DNA of 62,174 nucleotides, filler included, from Choristocarpus tenellus KU-1152 (GCA_964200185.2; 10 parts of 10 records of this genome joined end to end with filler, not necessarily neighbours in it); one strand, 5' to 3'. Shown: positions 1-13,943, counted from the first letter of the whole stretch. Notes: generated by a model from the sequence alone, not told the origin. Numbers and translations: made by a program.

Positions 1-269
1 TACCCACCCCCAAGCACAGTGGATCACTGAAAATGGCATTGAAAAATGACCATTATTTTAGTTCTACCTCTCGGAACAGATTCAGATCTATTTCGGAACA
101 AAATACTAAAACCAAAAATCCCCTCCAAACAATTATATCCAAAGGTTCAATTTGAACCATGCATCATTGGATAGTATTTGTATTTGTATTTGTGAAGAAA
201 CGCCCCCCGAAAAAAAGTGTAAATTCATAACACCACAAATTTAGAGGGAGTATATATGTTTATGTATGT

Positions 270-1500
270 ATGGTGTATACCAAGGTGTCACAAATATGTA
301 TTATATTATGTCTATACAAAGGTGTCACCACTAGAAGACTACTAGTAGGTAACATCACCTTTTCCAATCTGGTTCTTAAGGAACCTGAACAATATCTTTG
401 GTTTCTTGTCCAAACCAGATTGAAAATACTGCAAGTAATACCACCATCTGTCACATATGATATCATTGTACTTCACTATGTAGTATCATTGTACTTCACT
501 ACGTAGTATCATTGTACTTCACTACGTAGTATCATTGTACTTCACTACGTAGTATCATTGTACTTCACTACGTAGTATCATTGTACTTCACTACGTAGTA
601 TCATCTACTGGAAGACAATGGATCTCATCTTCCCAGAAACCACTGTTAGCATCAATTTGGTCCAGCACGGAAATTGCTGCAATGTTTCCTATTTCATTTT
701 ACTTGCAGCCTCGGCACAGCAACTAATTACTGTATCATCTACTCCAAGTGGCAAAAATGTGAATGAGTCAATCAGCCTTCAGCAAGGGACTCACAAGGAG
801 CCTGGAGTAGACAGATTTCCTCTTTTCACTTGATTTCCCTTCACAAGAATTGAGCAAGTGAGAATCACAACAAGGTGTCATAATGTGCAATAACACTCAG
901 TCCTCATAATCAACCATTGCTCTTGCCTTGCCCTCTTCTCCATCATGGCTATCACCTTCCCTGTCATTTGGGAGGCTTGTGTTTAAAGGAAGTAGCCACA
1001 GTGCACATATCTGCATGTTTTGATGTGAAAACGACACATGAGCAGCTGATCCTGTTATTACCATTCCCTGTAAATTCATCTAATGCACCTTTCACTTTCA
1101 AACCGTGTTTAGTAATTGTGGGTTCAACATTGCTGCCTCTAATGTGCTGAACTGCCTAATATTGATCTACCACCAGATTGCACCATGTGTACTACACAGT
1201 GGGGATTCCCACGATATAAAAAAACTTACGTGATACTATAAAAAATATTATTCCCTCCACAATATTTTGCATGCATCTCAACAATATCCCCAATAAACTC
1301 CGGAGTATAAGGTTTCACCAATGGTCCATGTAGATGAAATTAGGATTTCTAGGAATAGACCTTTGCTAATCAGTGAGGAATTAGGAGTCTTATCTTACAC
1401 TAAAGTTGCAACCGCTGGAATAATTCACTTGCAAATATTTTTGATTATCACTAAAAATACACAGGCTGCTTTACCCTAGAATACTAAAATGGTTCCTACT
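270..1500 (-). mobile_element. Possible highly decayed LTR-retrotransposon protease/RT-start remnant
   Basis: Weak similarity only: 'GRSILG' near 1160 resembles a protease end, and 'LEKVMLPTSSLLVVTPLYRHNIIHICD' resembles an RT N-terminus. Many stops. Confidence 0.2.
461..604. repeat. 23-bp tandem repeat (tatcattgtacttcactacgtag) x~6
   Basis: Near-perfect direct tandem copies with no spacers. Confidence 0.95.
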
Positions 1501-3077
1501 CTTAGGGTAGCACTAGTATACAAGAGACAGCAACACACCTTTACAACAAGTTCAAATTGTTCCTTCTTGTAACTACAACGAGAAGATGAGAATCACCAAC
1601 ACCAACTGAGACACGATTATATAAAAATAAAAAGGGTTCTCCTTCAATTGCTTGAGCTATAGCCTGTGCAAACCTTGCTCAGGATCTACTGTGGATTTTC
1701 CTCACTTAAAATGATGCAACCGGGAAACTCAGAAAATGGTATGTAGTACATGGGGAGTATAGCGTGGGAGTGGGGCTCTGAGGAAACAAGGACAAGAGAT
1801 GGTGACTTGTACAGGCATACATCACAGAGGCTCACTATTATGTGAATCCAATTATACTCCTTTCTCTGTTGTGATTCTTTATCACTCTACCCACCTTGGA
1901 AAATAACTAACCACCTTTGTTTTTTCCACATTAAAACAATGCCGTAACACGTAAGGGTGCTAGCACACCACTGAACTTTGAAAAGGATCTTTTGACAAAG
2001 ATATTTTTTGATAACTGCTAATAAAGGAGTGTCATTCCACACAGTGCAGGGTTGGCAGAATCCTGACCAACAATGAAGTGGGGTGTGTTTATCTATCACT
2101 TCAGGTCTTTCGATGGGAATACTTTTTATTTTGTAAACATGTACATCTTTTGCCACCTTTTTTCTGTCATGATTTACTGCAAATTACACACAGCCTATCC
2201 ATATTACAGGTGGTTTTTTCATTATAAGCAAACAAGCAGGGAAATACAAATCCTTTCCCAAAATTCAAAATGATGACTGAAACACTTAATTCGAACTATC
2301 AAATATACCCATCTATCAATCCAACCCACATAACCTAGAGCCCTTCATCACACTGGGCACCTAAGCAGGTTGTGGGCCAGTCTGAATCATATAAAGTTAT
2401 AAGGACCAATACTGAACCAATCAAAAGCATATGGAAGCAGGGCAGCCGTCAAAGGGAATATTTTTCACATTCCCAGGTCAATGAAAGACACTGGGAAGAC
2501 AATCATTTCCTTCCCAGATCAAGGAAGGGATATTGGCTAACAGAGTAAGTAATCGTGATGTGTACTGATTGTCTTGTTTGTCATAGTGAGTAAAATCAGC
2601 AGAGAGGTGGGTCAACCATGGCCCTTTTGAGTTTCAACATATTTCTACAAGGCTCATCACAGTAGTGATTTCACATGTTATGGGAAAAGTATCTTCTCAA
2701 TACCGGTATGGTCTACCACTAAATACATCATTTAGCAGTACACACTAGGGTGCACAATTAAACAAATTTCGGGTGCGGTAACAGTAGCACTTAGTAAAAT
2801 GTAAATTAGTACAATGTAAATTAGCAAAATTACAGTATGGCACATATGGTACATTGATCACACTGATTTCCACAATATTATGAGTACTGGACAGTGTAGT
2901 GTGTTAACTCCACAGATTTTATATTTTGATTGTATGTATTTTGATATTTGGGCTTTATGGTACAGATGGTGCAGTAGAGGTCCCACGACTTTCCACAATG
3001 CCCTGAATGTCAAATATTGAGATACCACTGTTCCACCAGGACAGACAATCGCATGACTGCCTACCCCAGTTTGACAC

Positions 3078-3155
3078 TCTGCCTCAGTGGAACAACGGTA
3101 TCTCAATTTGTCGAAAAAATCAGAGGTTAAAGGATCAAATCCTGGATGAACCACT
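3078..3155 (+). mobile_element. Possible decayed tRNA-derived SINE head
   Basis: A-box-like gcctcagtgg and B-box-like ggatcaaatcc at tRNA-like spacing, ending ..aacca. No clean cloverleaf. Confidence 0.25.
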
Positions 3156-3564
3156 TTCCTAACATCCTGCGTCAGAAGGAAATATACAATGTGACAGGGA
3201 GGGTCTCGGGTACAGCACCAATGGGAAGCACTAAGATTTAAAATGACCGCTCAGGAGCACGTGATTAGTGGGGTTTTGACCCACGGAATATGTTGGGTAG
3301 GTTTCAAGTCTCTTATTTTTGTCAAATATTGAGACCTTGACTGGACCTGCCATCATGAATTATTGCCACCTGGTTCTTGATCCTATTGCTGTGAGAAAGT
3401 GAATAGAGATGTGTCATCTGCAGTGTGTGCCACATGCATTTATATTAATATTACTATTATATTTTAAAATATATCATATAAAATATATATTTTTGTATTA
3501 GTTTGAGAGATCCCAGACTAGTGGTTGGAAAGTAGTCAGAAAGAGGCAATACATACAAGTTGAT

Positions 3565-3627
3565 AAATACAACAAAGTAGTACTATAAATACAACAAAGT
3601 AGTACTATAAATACAACAAAGTAGTAT
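3565..3627. repeat. 22-bp tandem repeat x~3
   Basis: ataaatacaacaaagtagtact repeated. Confidence 0.85.
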
Positions 3628-4895
3628 AGAAGGGGAAAAAACACAGCACAAGAAGAAGCAAAAAGGAAGAAGAGTAATTATGACATCATGACACTAACAA
3701 AGAGAACACACCCAAGTATACTACACTGCTACTTACAAAACTCATACGCTGTACCAGGTCCATCAAGTTGAAAAACATCATACACTACATGTCACACAAA
3801 GGAAACAAATGGGAGGGAAAACAAGGATATTGGGCAATTAAACTACACTTCCATGCAAATATACAACACAAAATAGTACATACTAATGAAAGCACTACAT
3901 AGCATGTATCATCAGTACAGTATAATGACAGATGTGGACAGTTCTGCACTGTATTTGCTATTTATTTGTTGGTTAAGCAGTAGAGGTTCTCTCACATTCA
4001 ATAGGGTACTTGTGGGATTTTCATGGTACAGTAGGGTAGCAATTCTATAGTCAGAATCCTACATTAAACCACAACAACAAAACATGCAAGTACAGTACTA
4101 GCTACCACACTAATCACTATAATGACAAGCCTTGCATTTTTGGACTTTGTGCAATGCACACCATACCTGTGCCTGAAATGCAGTCAACCAACCCCCCCTA
4201 GTAGGGTGTGACTGTAGCAAATGATTAGGTGTGAACTACTGTTGCCTGAATGCACACTCCACAGTGCCCAAAGCACATAAAATACACAAGGCAGTGGCAA
4301 GGGGGTCCTTAAATCTCAATGATACCCCCCGCTTAGATAGTAACCCTCAGTCAAAGGTCAGGCTGACACTGTTAGGACTCAACAGACTGAAGAACTTATA
4401 AATTTTCACGACTCTTTTTTTCTCAGTGGTAACAAGGGATGAACCATCTGATATTGAAACAATATAAATAATAGCATAGGAAAATGCACACATTATATTC
4501 AAGGCTTTGATTAAACTCAGCAGATAGTAACTGAGTTGAAATGAGCACAGAGAGCATAGTGCCAATATCTGGCCACCTACTTGGTTGACATTGGCTGTGT
4601 TAATGGTAATAAAATGAGCAAGGTTTCACCACTTTGTCCCTAGACACTTTTGGAACCTTCTGAGAACAGAAAAAACATTGACAACGCCTCCTGTAATCGA
4701 GAAATGAAGGCGTTGTACAAATGATCAGGTTAACTGGTATTCTGTGATTACTCATCACTCTATTTGGCTAGTGAGAAATCACAAGTGTCAGCTTTTCAGA
4801 CATACTAATGTATTTATAATAGGTTTAAGTTAGAAACAACCCAACTGCTTTGCTTCTACGTTGCTTTTGTCACTCAAACTCTCTCGTGTTCTCAC

Positions 4896-7800
4896 CTGTG
4901 AAGGCGAAGAAGTCCTCCGCGACCTGCGTCTGGGTAGAGTGTCCTGCGGAAGCTACCACCAAGTTCCATTGCCTGCTCCTCCCCTAGTTTTGTCAGCTCC
5001 CCACCCCACTTAAGAATAAGGAGGAGACTTCTCCCTTTAATCTTGGCTGCATTTGTTGTCCCATTCCCGATCCCACCATTGTGTGGTTCTTGTTCAGATG
5101 GGGGTATGTCATCTCGTTGTAGAGGTTTTAGTTGAAGCTTGCGGTTGATGCCTGATATTTCCCAACGCTCCAGCACATGTCGTATTTGGTGAAGCTTGGA
5201 TAGGGAGTCGTGGTCCTTCTCATCTGGTCCCTGATATGCAATGAGGGCTACACACAGTAAGGTACTGCAGCCACACAAAAACAATACTAGTACTAGCATT
5301 TACTTAGGGGCATCATAGATAAAGATTATAGATAAACATTATAGATAAACATCATAGATAAACATCAAAGATAAACACAACCACAGGCGCCAATGTACTC
5401 TTCTGCAATGTGAAGCTGTGATTTTCCCACGTCAAAAACCTGTGCTATTTTAGCATGAAACAAGTATTTCTTACATACAAGACGCAAGGGCAAAAGGATA
5501 TCAAATGATGTCAAATGTGGACGAACCTATTAAACAAAACCTACCAGAGACTCAATGAGGTCCACTGTGGTGGCCAAGAACTGCTTAAGCTCCATTTTTC
5601 CTTTGATCTTGAGGTCCTGCCGGTGACCTGCACCATGGTGCATGTTCTCTTAGAAAGGAGCTAAATAAAAATTACTCAACTGCTGACTTGGGTGTTGTAA
5701 ATGTACTTCTTCCAGACCCATTCATTACTAGTCTGTAAAATGTTTTGTGAATTGACTAAATATAAAAATGAAAAGAACCTGCAACAGAGGGTACAAATTT
5801 GTACCAATGGAATGAGAAGATCAAGGTGAGTAAGGAGAGCAATAAATGCTCCGTACACATAGTCGACAGGAAATGCTTGTTGAGAATATCCAGAAAAGTC
5901 CTCCAACACAATCTCCAAGTTGACAATGGACATCAAGTGATCTCAGTCCCTTTTTTTTATGTACACCGGGGTGAATGTTTCTAGAAATTGATATCCAGGT
6001 AAGTGAAATATTCTTCCGAAGTATGTATCATTGTTGAAGTACAGTGCAGCTTACCAGGGGAGTATTTATCATAGAAGTCTAGATAATGTTGAAAAGATGT
6101 CTTCATCTTCATTTTTTGCTTCGGTGTCCTATCTCCATGTCGAGCAATAGTGATCACACATCGCAATTCCTCTAGGTGCTTGCCCTGATTTGTGAATCGC
6201 TGATTGCCCTGAAAATATTATACCAGTTGAACTCTTGAGCTGAAGCAATGAACATCTCTAAAAAACTGATAAAATCACTTCCAAGAACTAGTATGGCTTA
6301 GCCCAGATCTTTCCATGGGGGAGCGGGGAGGTGCACAAGTGATGAAAAAGATCCAACAGATATCAGAAGACAAAAACTTACATGCAATTCACAATAGCTC
6401 AGAATTTTGTTGATGTCCACATTCCTCAAAATGAAGCAACTTGAGTAGTTTTTTAGATTGTCCATCAGATTTCAGATACAAGTTGGCACAAATTGATATA
6501 GCCTACCAGTGTATGTGGATTATGATGTAGGATGAAATCTTGTTTTCTTCCTCCTTGCACTCAACAAATACGACAAACATTGGTCCTCTTCATGCAACCC
6601 TGGCATTTTCCTGTTAAGACCTGCCACTCATACAACAACTACAACATGATAGAAACCTCAACTTGATAATCCTTCATTCACAAGTCTATGCAACTCCCCA
6701 TCCTCAAGTACAATATGATACCAAGTAAGGTCATCTTGAGGATTCAAAGGGGAGGGGAGTGGTCCCCAACAATGACACTGTGGACACAAAACACATACAC
6801 ATTCCACATGGATAGCACCAAACACACCACATCCTGGGAACAAGATATTCCATGGGTTCTGATGAGTGAGGAAGGTTTTGCTACTACAGCAATATCCACA
6901 ACCATTGTGCACACCTTACACTACTTACACTACTTACACTACTTACATGACTTACATTACTTGAGGTCATTGGAACAGAGTTTATCCGTGATCCCAGCTG
7001 CATATCCATCAAGTTCCTGCCCCACACAGTTAGGAAGTGTAAACATTTTAGGACAGAAACACATCAAGTTAAATAATCAAGAATTTTTTATTTGTACTTG
7101 ATTACAAGTACAAAAATCAAGAGGCGTGAGTCAGCAGTCTCAATCTCCATGAGAAGAGCGCACATAACACGCACTCACACAAAAAATAACCAATCAAAAG
7201 TTGCCCCTCAATTTCGGTTTTGATTCATCGCAATGTGAAAAATCGTAGTGATTCATCCAATTCACAGCACAATCAATTTCACAACAACGCAATAACCATG
7301 AACTCAGGCATGGTCTCTGCAGCTTTTGTCGCACAGTATAAACATAACTACGACACACCTGTTGTAAGGGGTCTCATTTCCATGAGGCACAGGCAGGACC
7401 GCAGGTGATTTAACCATATTCTGACCAGGTTTAAGAGCTGCCTGGATGAACTCCTGCAATAATTGAGCACAATCTTCAATGTACCTGAAAGGAGAAGGGA
7501 TGGCGTAGTCTCAACCACACTTCCTGAAATGGAGTGTGCGGTGGTTTATGACATGTTGGAATGTTGGAAGACATCAGTTGAAGACCATACTACATTCTTT
7601 CTTCAGTGCCATGGCAGTGACCCCATGTTGGATACTTACTTGCGATTATTCTTGACAAAGCTCCATCCATTGACATCACAAACAAAGCTGCGACCATGCA
7701 CACGGAGAATGTCAAACCCACACACACATTGCTGGAAGGCAAGGGTGATCTTTCTTGCATAGTCTATCTCCTCTTGAGACAGGATTACAGGGTACCTGAA

Positions 7801-10711
7801 GGGGAAAGGGGGGCAGGTTGTGCTACAGAAACAAATTTGCCTTGGCCATTGAAGCTAGGAAGTCATCCCATAAATTCTAAATAGGAATATAGAAATGGTG
7901 TGGCATCAGGTACATTCATATATGAAATCTCAGGAGCGTTGTAGCAAGAGTAGGATTGAATTGACCAGTCTAGAATATGTACACTCTGGTTTCTAAAGTA
8001 CCTTTGGAAATGGGAACATATATGCATATTCAAAAAATCTTTCCTGCAAACAATTTTCAAAAAATCAGCCTAGGAGAAAAACCAAGCACCAGGAAGTCCC
8101 CACAGGTATGTGGAATTAATTGCCTGCTTCAAAATTAAATTGATCATCTACTTCAAAATGTGATGGTAGCGACTCAAAAAAAAAGTTTTCACAAAGATTT
8201 GATACAACTAATGACAAGGTGATTTCATACAAAGTCTAATTAATGGAGAGGCACTATTTCATTCATTCTTGTGCTTAAGTAAGTGGAGTTAAAACACAGA
8301 TGGAAAGGAACAGGCTGACAATCTTTGCTTGACTACACAGCAAAACTCTTCCACATTTTCTTTAACTGTCACAGCTAATAAGTCCAAGACAAAATCTTGA
8401 AGAAAAGTTTTGCAAGTCCGAAGGATGGTATTTTTACTGCTGGAAATTCTAACTGCCTTCAGAAATGCATTGTACATCATTGTCTAAGAGAACCATACCT
8501 TATCTCCTTGCCCTCAGTGTTCCTATTTACTTTCCCATCAAGTGTGGGAGACTTCCGTGCTTCAGCATGCCCATAATCTGGCCCCACTGTGTATACCTTT
8601 TTCAAGGGAACAAGGCATAATTCTAGTTTGATGCTAAATGAAAACGATCAATAAAATATTCAAAGACATTTACCATACAAAGGTCTCAGCCACAGTTTCC
8701 ATACCACAGATGCAACAGGAAGACCTCTATTGGAAAGGAAAGCAAATTCAGGCACTACCTTCACATCTGTGCCCTGGGTTTCCACGAATGCTTCATAGAT
8801 GTATGAACCCTCCCTGCGAATTTCATTTATCTCTGGGTAGAATTCGCTGCTCCTGTCACCCACCTGATTTGATTCGAAATATTTCAACATGAAGTACACA
8901 GTGTCACTCCACATATTCTTTTGAGTACTCCATGTTTGTCAGAGGTTGATTCCAACTGCAACATCGCACATTGAAACAAGTTATCCAACCCCATAGCCCA
9001 TCCATATTGAGTGTTGACTGTAATGCAGAACTCACATTGAACCAACCCTTAAGGTCACATTTCAAATCACAAAGAGCAAAAACTGGAAATCTATCCTTGC
9101 AGTCAAAAAATAGACAAACCTTCCTGAAAAGTCGCTTAGAACCTCCTCCAGCACTCATGGGATAGTAGATGTGAATGTTATGATCCTCGGCATTAACTGG
9201 TTTCTCCACAAATGGTTTGTGAATTGTGGTACCATTTACCTGAACAGCATAAGTTGTCAATATTCACTATGCTGCTCTTGATATACATTCGTTGGTTTGA
9301 GGGTTATTTCCATTTGTGGGTATCATGCGTCCACCATTTTGAACCGTCAGTTGGCATTCATCCATGGCCCATCGATAGTATAAAATTACTGAAAAAACTA
9401 TTTTTTGGTCGTATATTGCTTACCTCAATATAGTCATCTGCCTCGACAATTACAAGGTCTTTCGGATCAACTCCGTTGTATCTGTCAAGGAGAGGATAAA
9501 AGGTCAGTAAAAGTGAGGCGGACACTGTTTGGAGCATGAACAAGCAATAGGTCATTTTACGTAGCAGTTGCTTTGTGTAAGTACTGCAATGATCCATACA
9601 ATCGACTGTGAACCTTGGCAAGTACAAATCATACCTATCACGGTTGGCATAGACGTTCTCAGGAATGGGTATCCGTTGCTCCTTCAGCAGGTCATACACC
9701 TGTCGAACGACCAAACGAGAACCTTGTAAGCACAGCAGAAGCAGTGCAGTGGGTGAACATCATCCACAACCTTCAACGAGCACTCACGCGTCGGCGGTCA
9801 CGCAAGGTGTCCTGGTCAAGACTGTTTAAACAGTAAGGCTTTCGAAGTTCAACGTACGCCTTGGCCTTTGCAATGGGAAATCCTGTTGAATAGAAAGCGA
9901 TGAGACAGTCGCACTTTGCACATAGGGCGATGCAGTGAGGGAGACGAGAGCTAGTATCAGAGGAAAATAAAGCGTAGATCAGTGTCGTGCAAATTAAGCA
10001 TAGCTGAAAGGTGCAAATGTGGTGCAGCAGCAATCACCTAACCAGTAACGATTCGGGCAATGGCACAGTAGGTTGAGTGGAGAAGATTGGGTTACCTTAG
10101 GCCATTGCTCCACGGGCTCGTTGAGAATGCATTGATTGCCGAAGAATATCACCTGGGCATAATCGAATGACGTTTTCAAAGGTTGGAGAAGTACGACATA
10201 CAAAGAATTACTTACTTGACACCAAGCTCGAAATGAGAAGCAGAAACGAGGATATTTCGCTTGCTGGTCAATTGCATGTAAGCATCCTTGTGCTTTGTAA
10301 TGCTTTAGGCCCATGGGCAAAACGCGAGGTTAATACTTCTCGACAAAAAACTGGGTGTTGATTTAGCCATCCTAGGGATTAGTTCAAGAGGTCGTCATAG
10401 ACAGCCCTTTCACAAAGGTTTTTCACCTACGCCAGGTGCAAATACCTCGAATTTGCTCAAACGCGAAGTGATAGCCTTCATGTGCTTGGACATGGCTTTT
10501 TTGTCCATGGCACATACGCCCACTACAACCCTGCAATCTGCACGGACAAAGGTTCCCCGCCACCAAGTTTCCAGCCCATCCCAGCCTTTACCAGGAAGTT
10601 GCATGATGAACAGCTTTATTGGACTGATCTGCTTGAATAGAATAGTAGTAATAGTACTTCAGTGGAGGGAATGCGTGTTGATTGACCTTACATACTACAT
10701 TTTCTGTTCAT
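4896..10711 (-). CDS. VIP1: Inositol hexakisphosphate/diphosphoinositol-pentakisphosphate kinase (PPIP5K/Vip1), multi-exon, 3'-partial
   Basis: GT-AG exons join in frame: 10692-10711 (tentative ATG exon MNRKCS), 10446-10530 ([11 protein letters not shown]), 10096-10152 ([19 protein letters not shown]), 9788-9913 ([13 protein letters not shown]), 9635-9699, 9424-9481, 9120-9239 ([30 protein letters not shown]), 8759-8863 ([28 protein letters not shown]), 8499-8596 ([17 protein letters not shown]), 7640-7795 ([21 protein letters not shown]) and 7359-7484. Linker exons near 6960-7016 and 6500-6600 are uncertain. Then 6055-6208 ([10 protein letters not shown], His-phosphatase motif), 5545-5648 and 4896-5230 ([23 protein letters not shown]). 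These are hallmark ATP-grasp kinase and acid-phosphatase motifs of PPIP5K. Confidence 0.95.
5311..5377. repeat. 13-bp intronic minisatellite (catcatagataaa) x5
   Basis: Degenerate tandem copies. Confidence 0.8.
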
Positions 10712-11014
10712 CTACAATGCTGTTCGAAAGACTTCAACCCCATTACTCTTAACATTTTATTATAGTAAAAGGAACCTTTTGAAAAAATCGGAGAAGAGAA
10801 GACTTTCACCACCAGACTTTGGAAAAATTTCGCGTATTGTCGCACGACGACAAATTGATAGAGGTTAGAGGTCCATCTCTGTCTCTTCCGTATTACCAAA
10901 CTACTCACCCCTTGTCACTTCAACATAAAATGAACGACCCTGCACGGTTGGGTTTTGGGTCCTGGTTCCTCCGTCCTGGCCCTGGGTACTAGGCATTCGG
11001 TGCTGGGCACACGT

Positions 11015-11908
11015 CCAACCACCGCCCATCACTCCTCACTTAGTCCATTCAAGTTGTGAGGAGAGGCAGGGAAAAATCCAGGACTTTTTATTGGCCCAGC
11101 CAGATAGCATGTCCAATATCGGCCATATGGTGGGTTCCTGGATCAGCCATGTTGAAACGGTCGGTGACCATGGACTCGGTCATGTTCGAACCTGGTTATA
11201 CATGGGCAGTGGTGGCCCTGGTCTTATTGAGTAAGAGATGATCATGGACTCGGCCATGTTCGAACTTCGTTGTACATGACCGATCAGTTGGCTGAGTGAG
11301 CGATTGCCATGGACTCGGTCACGTTAGAACGTTTCATCTATGGTTGGGTCAGTGTAATATATATTTTACACTTCATGGAGCAACGTCATGCCCTTGACTC
11401 CAATTTTATATTTTACCACTCTTGATTATTCTATCCTAAATTCCAAATCTATATTATTTCGTATTGTTTTGTTTTAGTTAGAAGATTGAAATTGTAAATT
11501 TAATACGAATGCGTTGTTGGAGGTGATTGGTGTGTGTGTGTGAGTGTGATGTGTAACACATAGTGGACATTGTCCCGAGATGAAATAAATGGAGATCATG
11601 GACGGCCATGGTCTGGTCATGCAAGGAAAAAAGTTAGACTGGTCACCTAGTGGACATGGACCAATACAATACCCTGTGGACATGGACCAGGACATTAAAC
11701 AACTGTGGGACTGGTCCAGACATGGGCATGGACAGGTAATATATTTGAATATATATTTAGTGAGATGGATTGGAACATGTTAAATAGCTGTGGGACTGGT
11801 CCGGATATGGACATGGACCGGTTCATTACCTAGTGGACATGGACTGGGCATGTATTGTGGGACTGGTCCAGCTGGTGGACGGGACATTTTTTATTTGCTG
11901 ACCCTGTG
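11015..11908 (+). repeat. ~0.9-kb non-coding dispersed repeat, copy 1 (inverted relative to 18023-18860)
   Basis: Colinear reverse-complement match to 18023-18860. Internal subrepeats catggactcggtcatgttcgaac and tgtgggactggtcc..acatggac. Sharp end ..ttgctgaccctgtg. Confidence 0.85.
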
Positions 11909-12030
11909 CAAAGTCCTTGAAAAAATGTAGTAAGAGCATACATATTTATCTTCCTGCTAACACCTCCAATTTTAATCGACTGAAATCTCTCATTCATCGT
12001 CAAAATCGTCGGCCCAACAATTTTCCACTA

Positions 12031-12885
12031 CTGAACAGGATTATTCACGCTCAGACGCATGTTATTGTAAAATCCTGTTGAGCAATAATCCTGGTTAGAA
12101 GTAGTACTACTCCTGTGCCTCACTTGCAACAACTATAATAAGCTACTGTCGACCTTCCACAACCAGGATGGGGTACACAGACCTCTCATGCACACAGAAT
12201 TGTACGTGGGCAGCAGGGGTGGACTGTCCTGGGGAAAGAGGAGAAGGATAACATCCGCTAGTTAGCAGTCACAGCGCTCCAGGAGTACCAGGAGGAGACT
12301 CAAAGTATCTGGGGGGGGTGGCGGCTGTCCATTCAGGGTTCATTTTTCCATGTCGCGATTTTTGGGTGGATTTGACTGCATGCGTTGGATGAATAATGTA
12401 AGTGGACTTCACCTCGTCAGGCCCTGAATGGAAACCCTGGTGTAGACCCCCTGCCCCCCCCCCAGATACTTAAGCTGGGAAAGAAAGGCACAGGGGGCTC
12501 AAGGGGTGTGTGCCTGAGGGGACCGCATCTAGGGGTAAAAGAGGAGGAGAAGCTCCACCAACAAGCAGTCACAATGCTCTAGCAGCACCAAAGGAAAAGG
12601 TCAGGGGGTGGTAGTACCTGGATAATAGGGGTAGATTGTGTGCTGTGGGGGGTGTATACCTGTCTATGAATTTGTGAGGCCTGTGCATAACTTCAACGTT
12701 CATAGCAGTCCAATAGGGAAGTGGAAACTAACGAATGCATCGCAGTCCAGCGCCCTGATCGACACCATAGAATCAAATAGATCACGTTCTGGGTCAACCA
12801 TCCTCTAAATCATGTTCTACAAAATGGTTGGACTACAGGCAGAAGGAAGGAGGGGGGTGTCTGAATGTGGCTACAATCAGTTGCC
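12031..12885 (-). mobile_element. Unclassified decayed repeat, copy A (homologous to 15160-15760)
   Basis: Direct-repeat similarity, e.g. gccctgatcgaca..atagaatcaaataga..gttctgggtca. Contains an internal duplication and a MITE-A insertion. Confidence 0.7.
12297..12476. mobile_element. MITE family A (~175 bp)
   Basis: TIR GACTCAAAGTATCTGGGG..CCCCAGATACT. TSD GGA. An empty-site paralogue lies at ~15429 (ccaggaggaaagg). Confidence 0.9.
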
Positions 12886-12892
12886 CCTTCAT

Positions 12893-12956
12893 GAGTCAAA
12901 GCATTTAAGAGGGTAGTAGTTTTGCCCTGTTTCTTTGGGGCTTGGCTTCCCACGGT
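12893..12956. mobile_element. MITE family B, partial
   Basis: gagtcaaagcatttaagagggta..ttttgccctgttt..cttggcttccc. Confidence 0.75.
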
Positions 12957-13285
12957 GAAGCAGGACAAAGCAATATAAATTGTGCGAGAAATGAATTTCT
13001 GGGTAGGGTGGGACTATTGCTTAGGGTTTGCATAAGCTCTTATAGACGAGCGACTATAGTGACCTCCCAAAAACGTCGATCTGACTTGGTAGCTAGGTAG
13101 CTAGGTAGCTTGGTAGCATCTCTCTCACACCCTAAATAACACAACAGCAAAGTTGTGTAATCTCTTCAGAAAAGTACAGTTAGAACCATCTGTTGGAAAG
13201 CTCATTGCTCAAAGCCGCTGGTTGAGTTACATGGTAAAAATACACGGAATATTAATTATCCACTGGGCCTTCGTCTTAGCCATCA

Positions 13286-13517
13286 GAGCCAAAGTATCTT
13301 AGAGGGTTGAGCCGCGTCCATTTGGGTGTAATTTTGGCTATCGTGTTTGCTATGAAGCGTCAATATCCATGTTCCGGACACACCTTTTCATAACATACAC
13401 GTTTTACCTACTCTTAAACATTTTGGAGAAGGAAAATGTCATAAAAGAGCCCATGGGAAGCCAAGCCCCAAATAGACAAACAGGGCAAAACTCGTACCCT
13501 CTGAGATACTTTCACTC
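13286..13517. mobile_element. MITE family B (~230-300 bp; GAG..CTC ends)
   Basis: TIR GAGCCAAAGTATCTTAGAGGG..CCCTCTGAGATACTTTCACTC; 4-bp TSD ATCA. Confidence 0.92.
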
Positions 13518-13943
13518 ATCAATTATCTCTGACCAAAGACTGACCCAATACACCGCTATGTACGTTAGTACTTTGTGTTGTACTGAACTAAAGATAAATG
13601 TACATGAAACTATGTTACATGCTTGTATCAGCACAAACAACGTAAGGATAACACTAGGTTATTCAACACAATGCTGACAAAAAATATATCCTATCTGTTC
13701 AATAGAGGTAGAAGGGAAGGGGGGTAGTATGAGAATACAGCACTACTACAATTAGAGGGAAAGGGGGCCAGAACGCCAATAGTTACAGATGTATAATGCT
13801 TCTTGTGAAGTAGTAGAGCCACGATTGTTTTTACTGTGAAGCAGAGAGAAATCCCCTGAAACAGGGAAGGATCGCTTATTGTTGGGATGGGATGAACCTT
13901 TTTTTTTCCTAGACACATGACTAAAGGGATCCTCGAACGAAAT

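Noticed and set aside
461-604. CRISPR-like array (also 60316-60480 and 31235-31592)
   Set aside because: Head-to-tail tandem repeats without unique constant-length spacers, no cas genes, eukaryotic context
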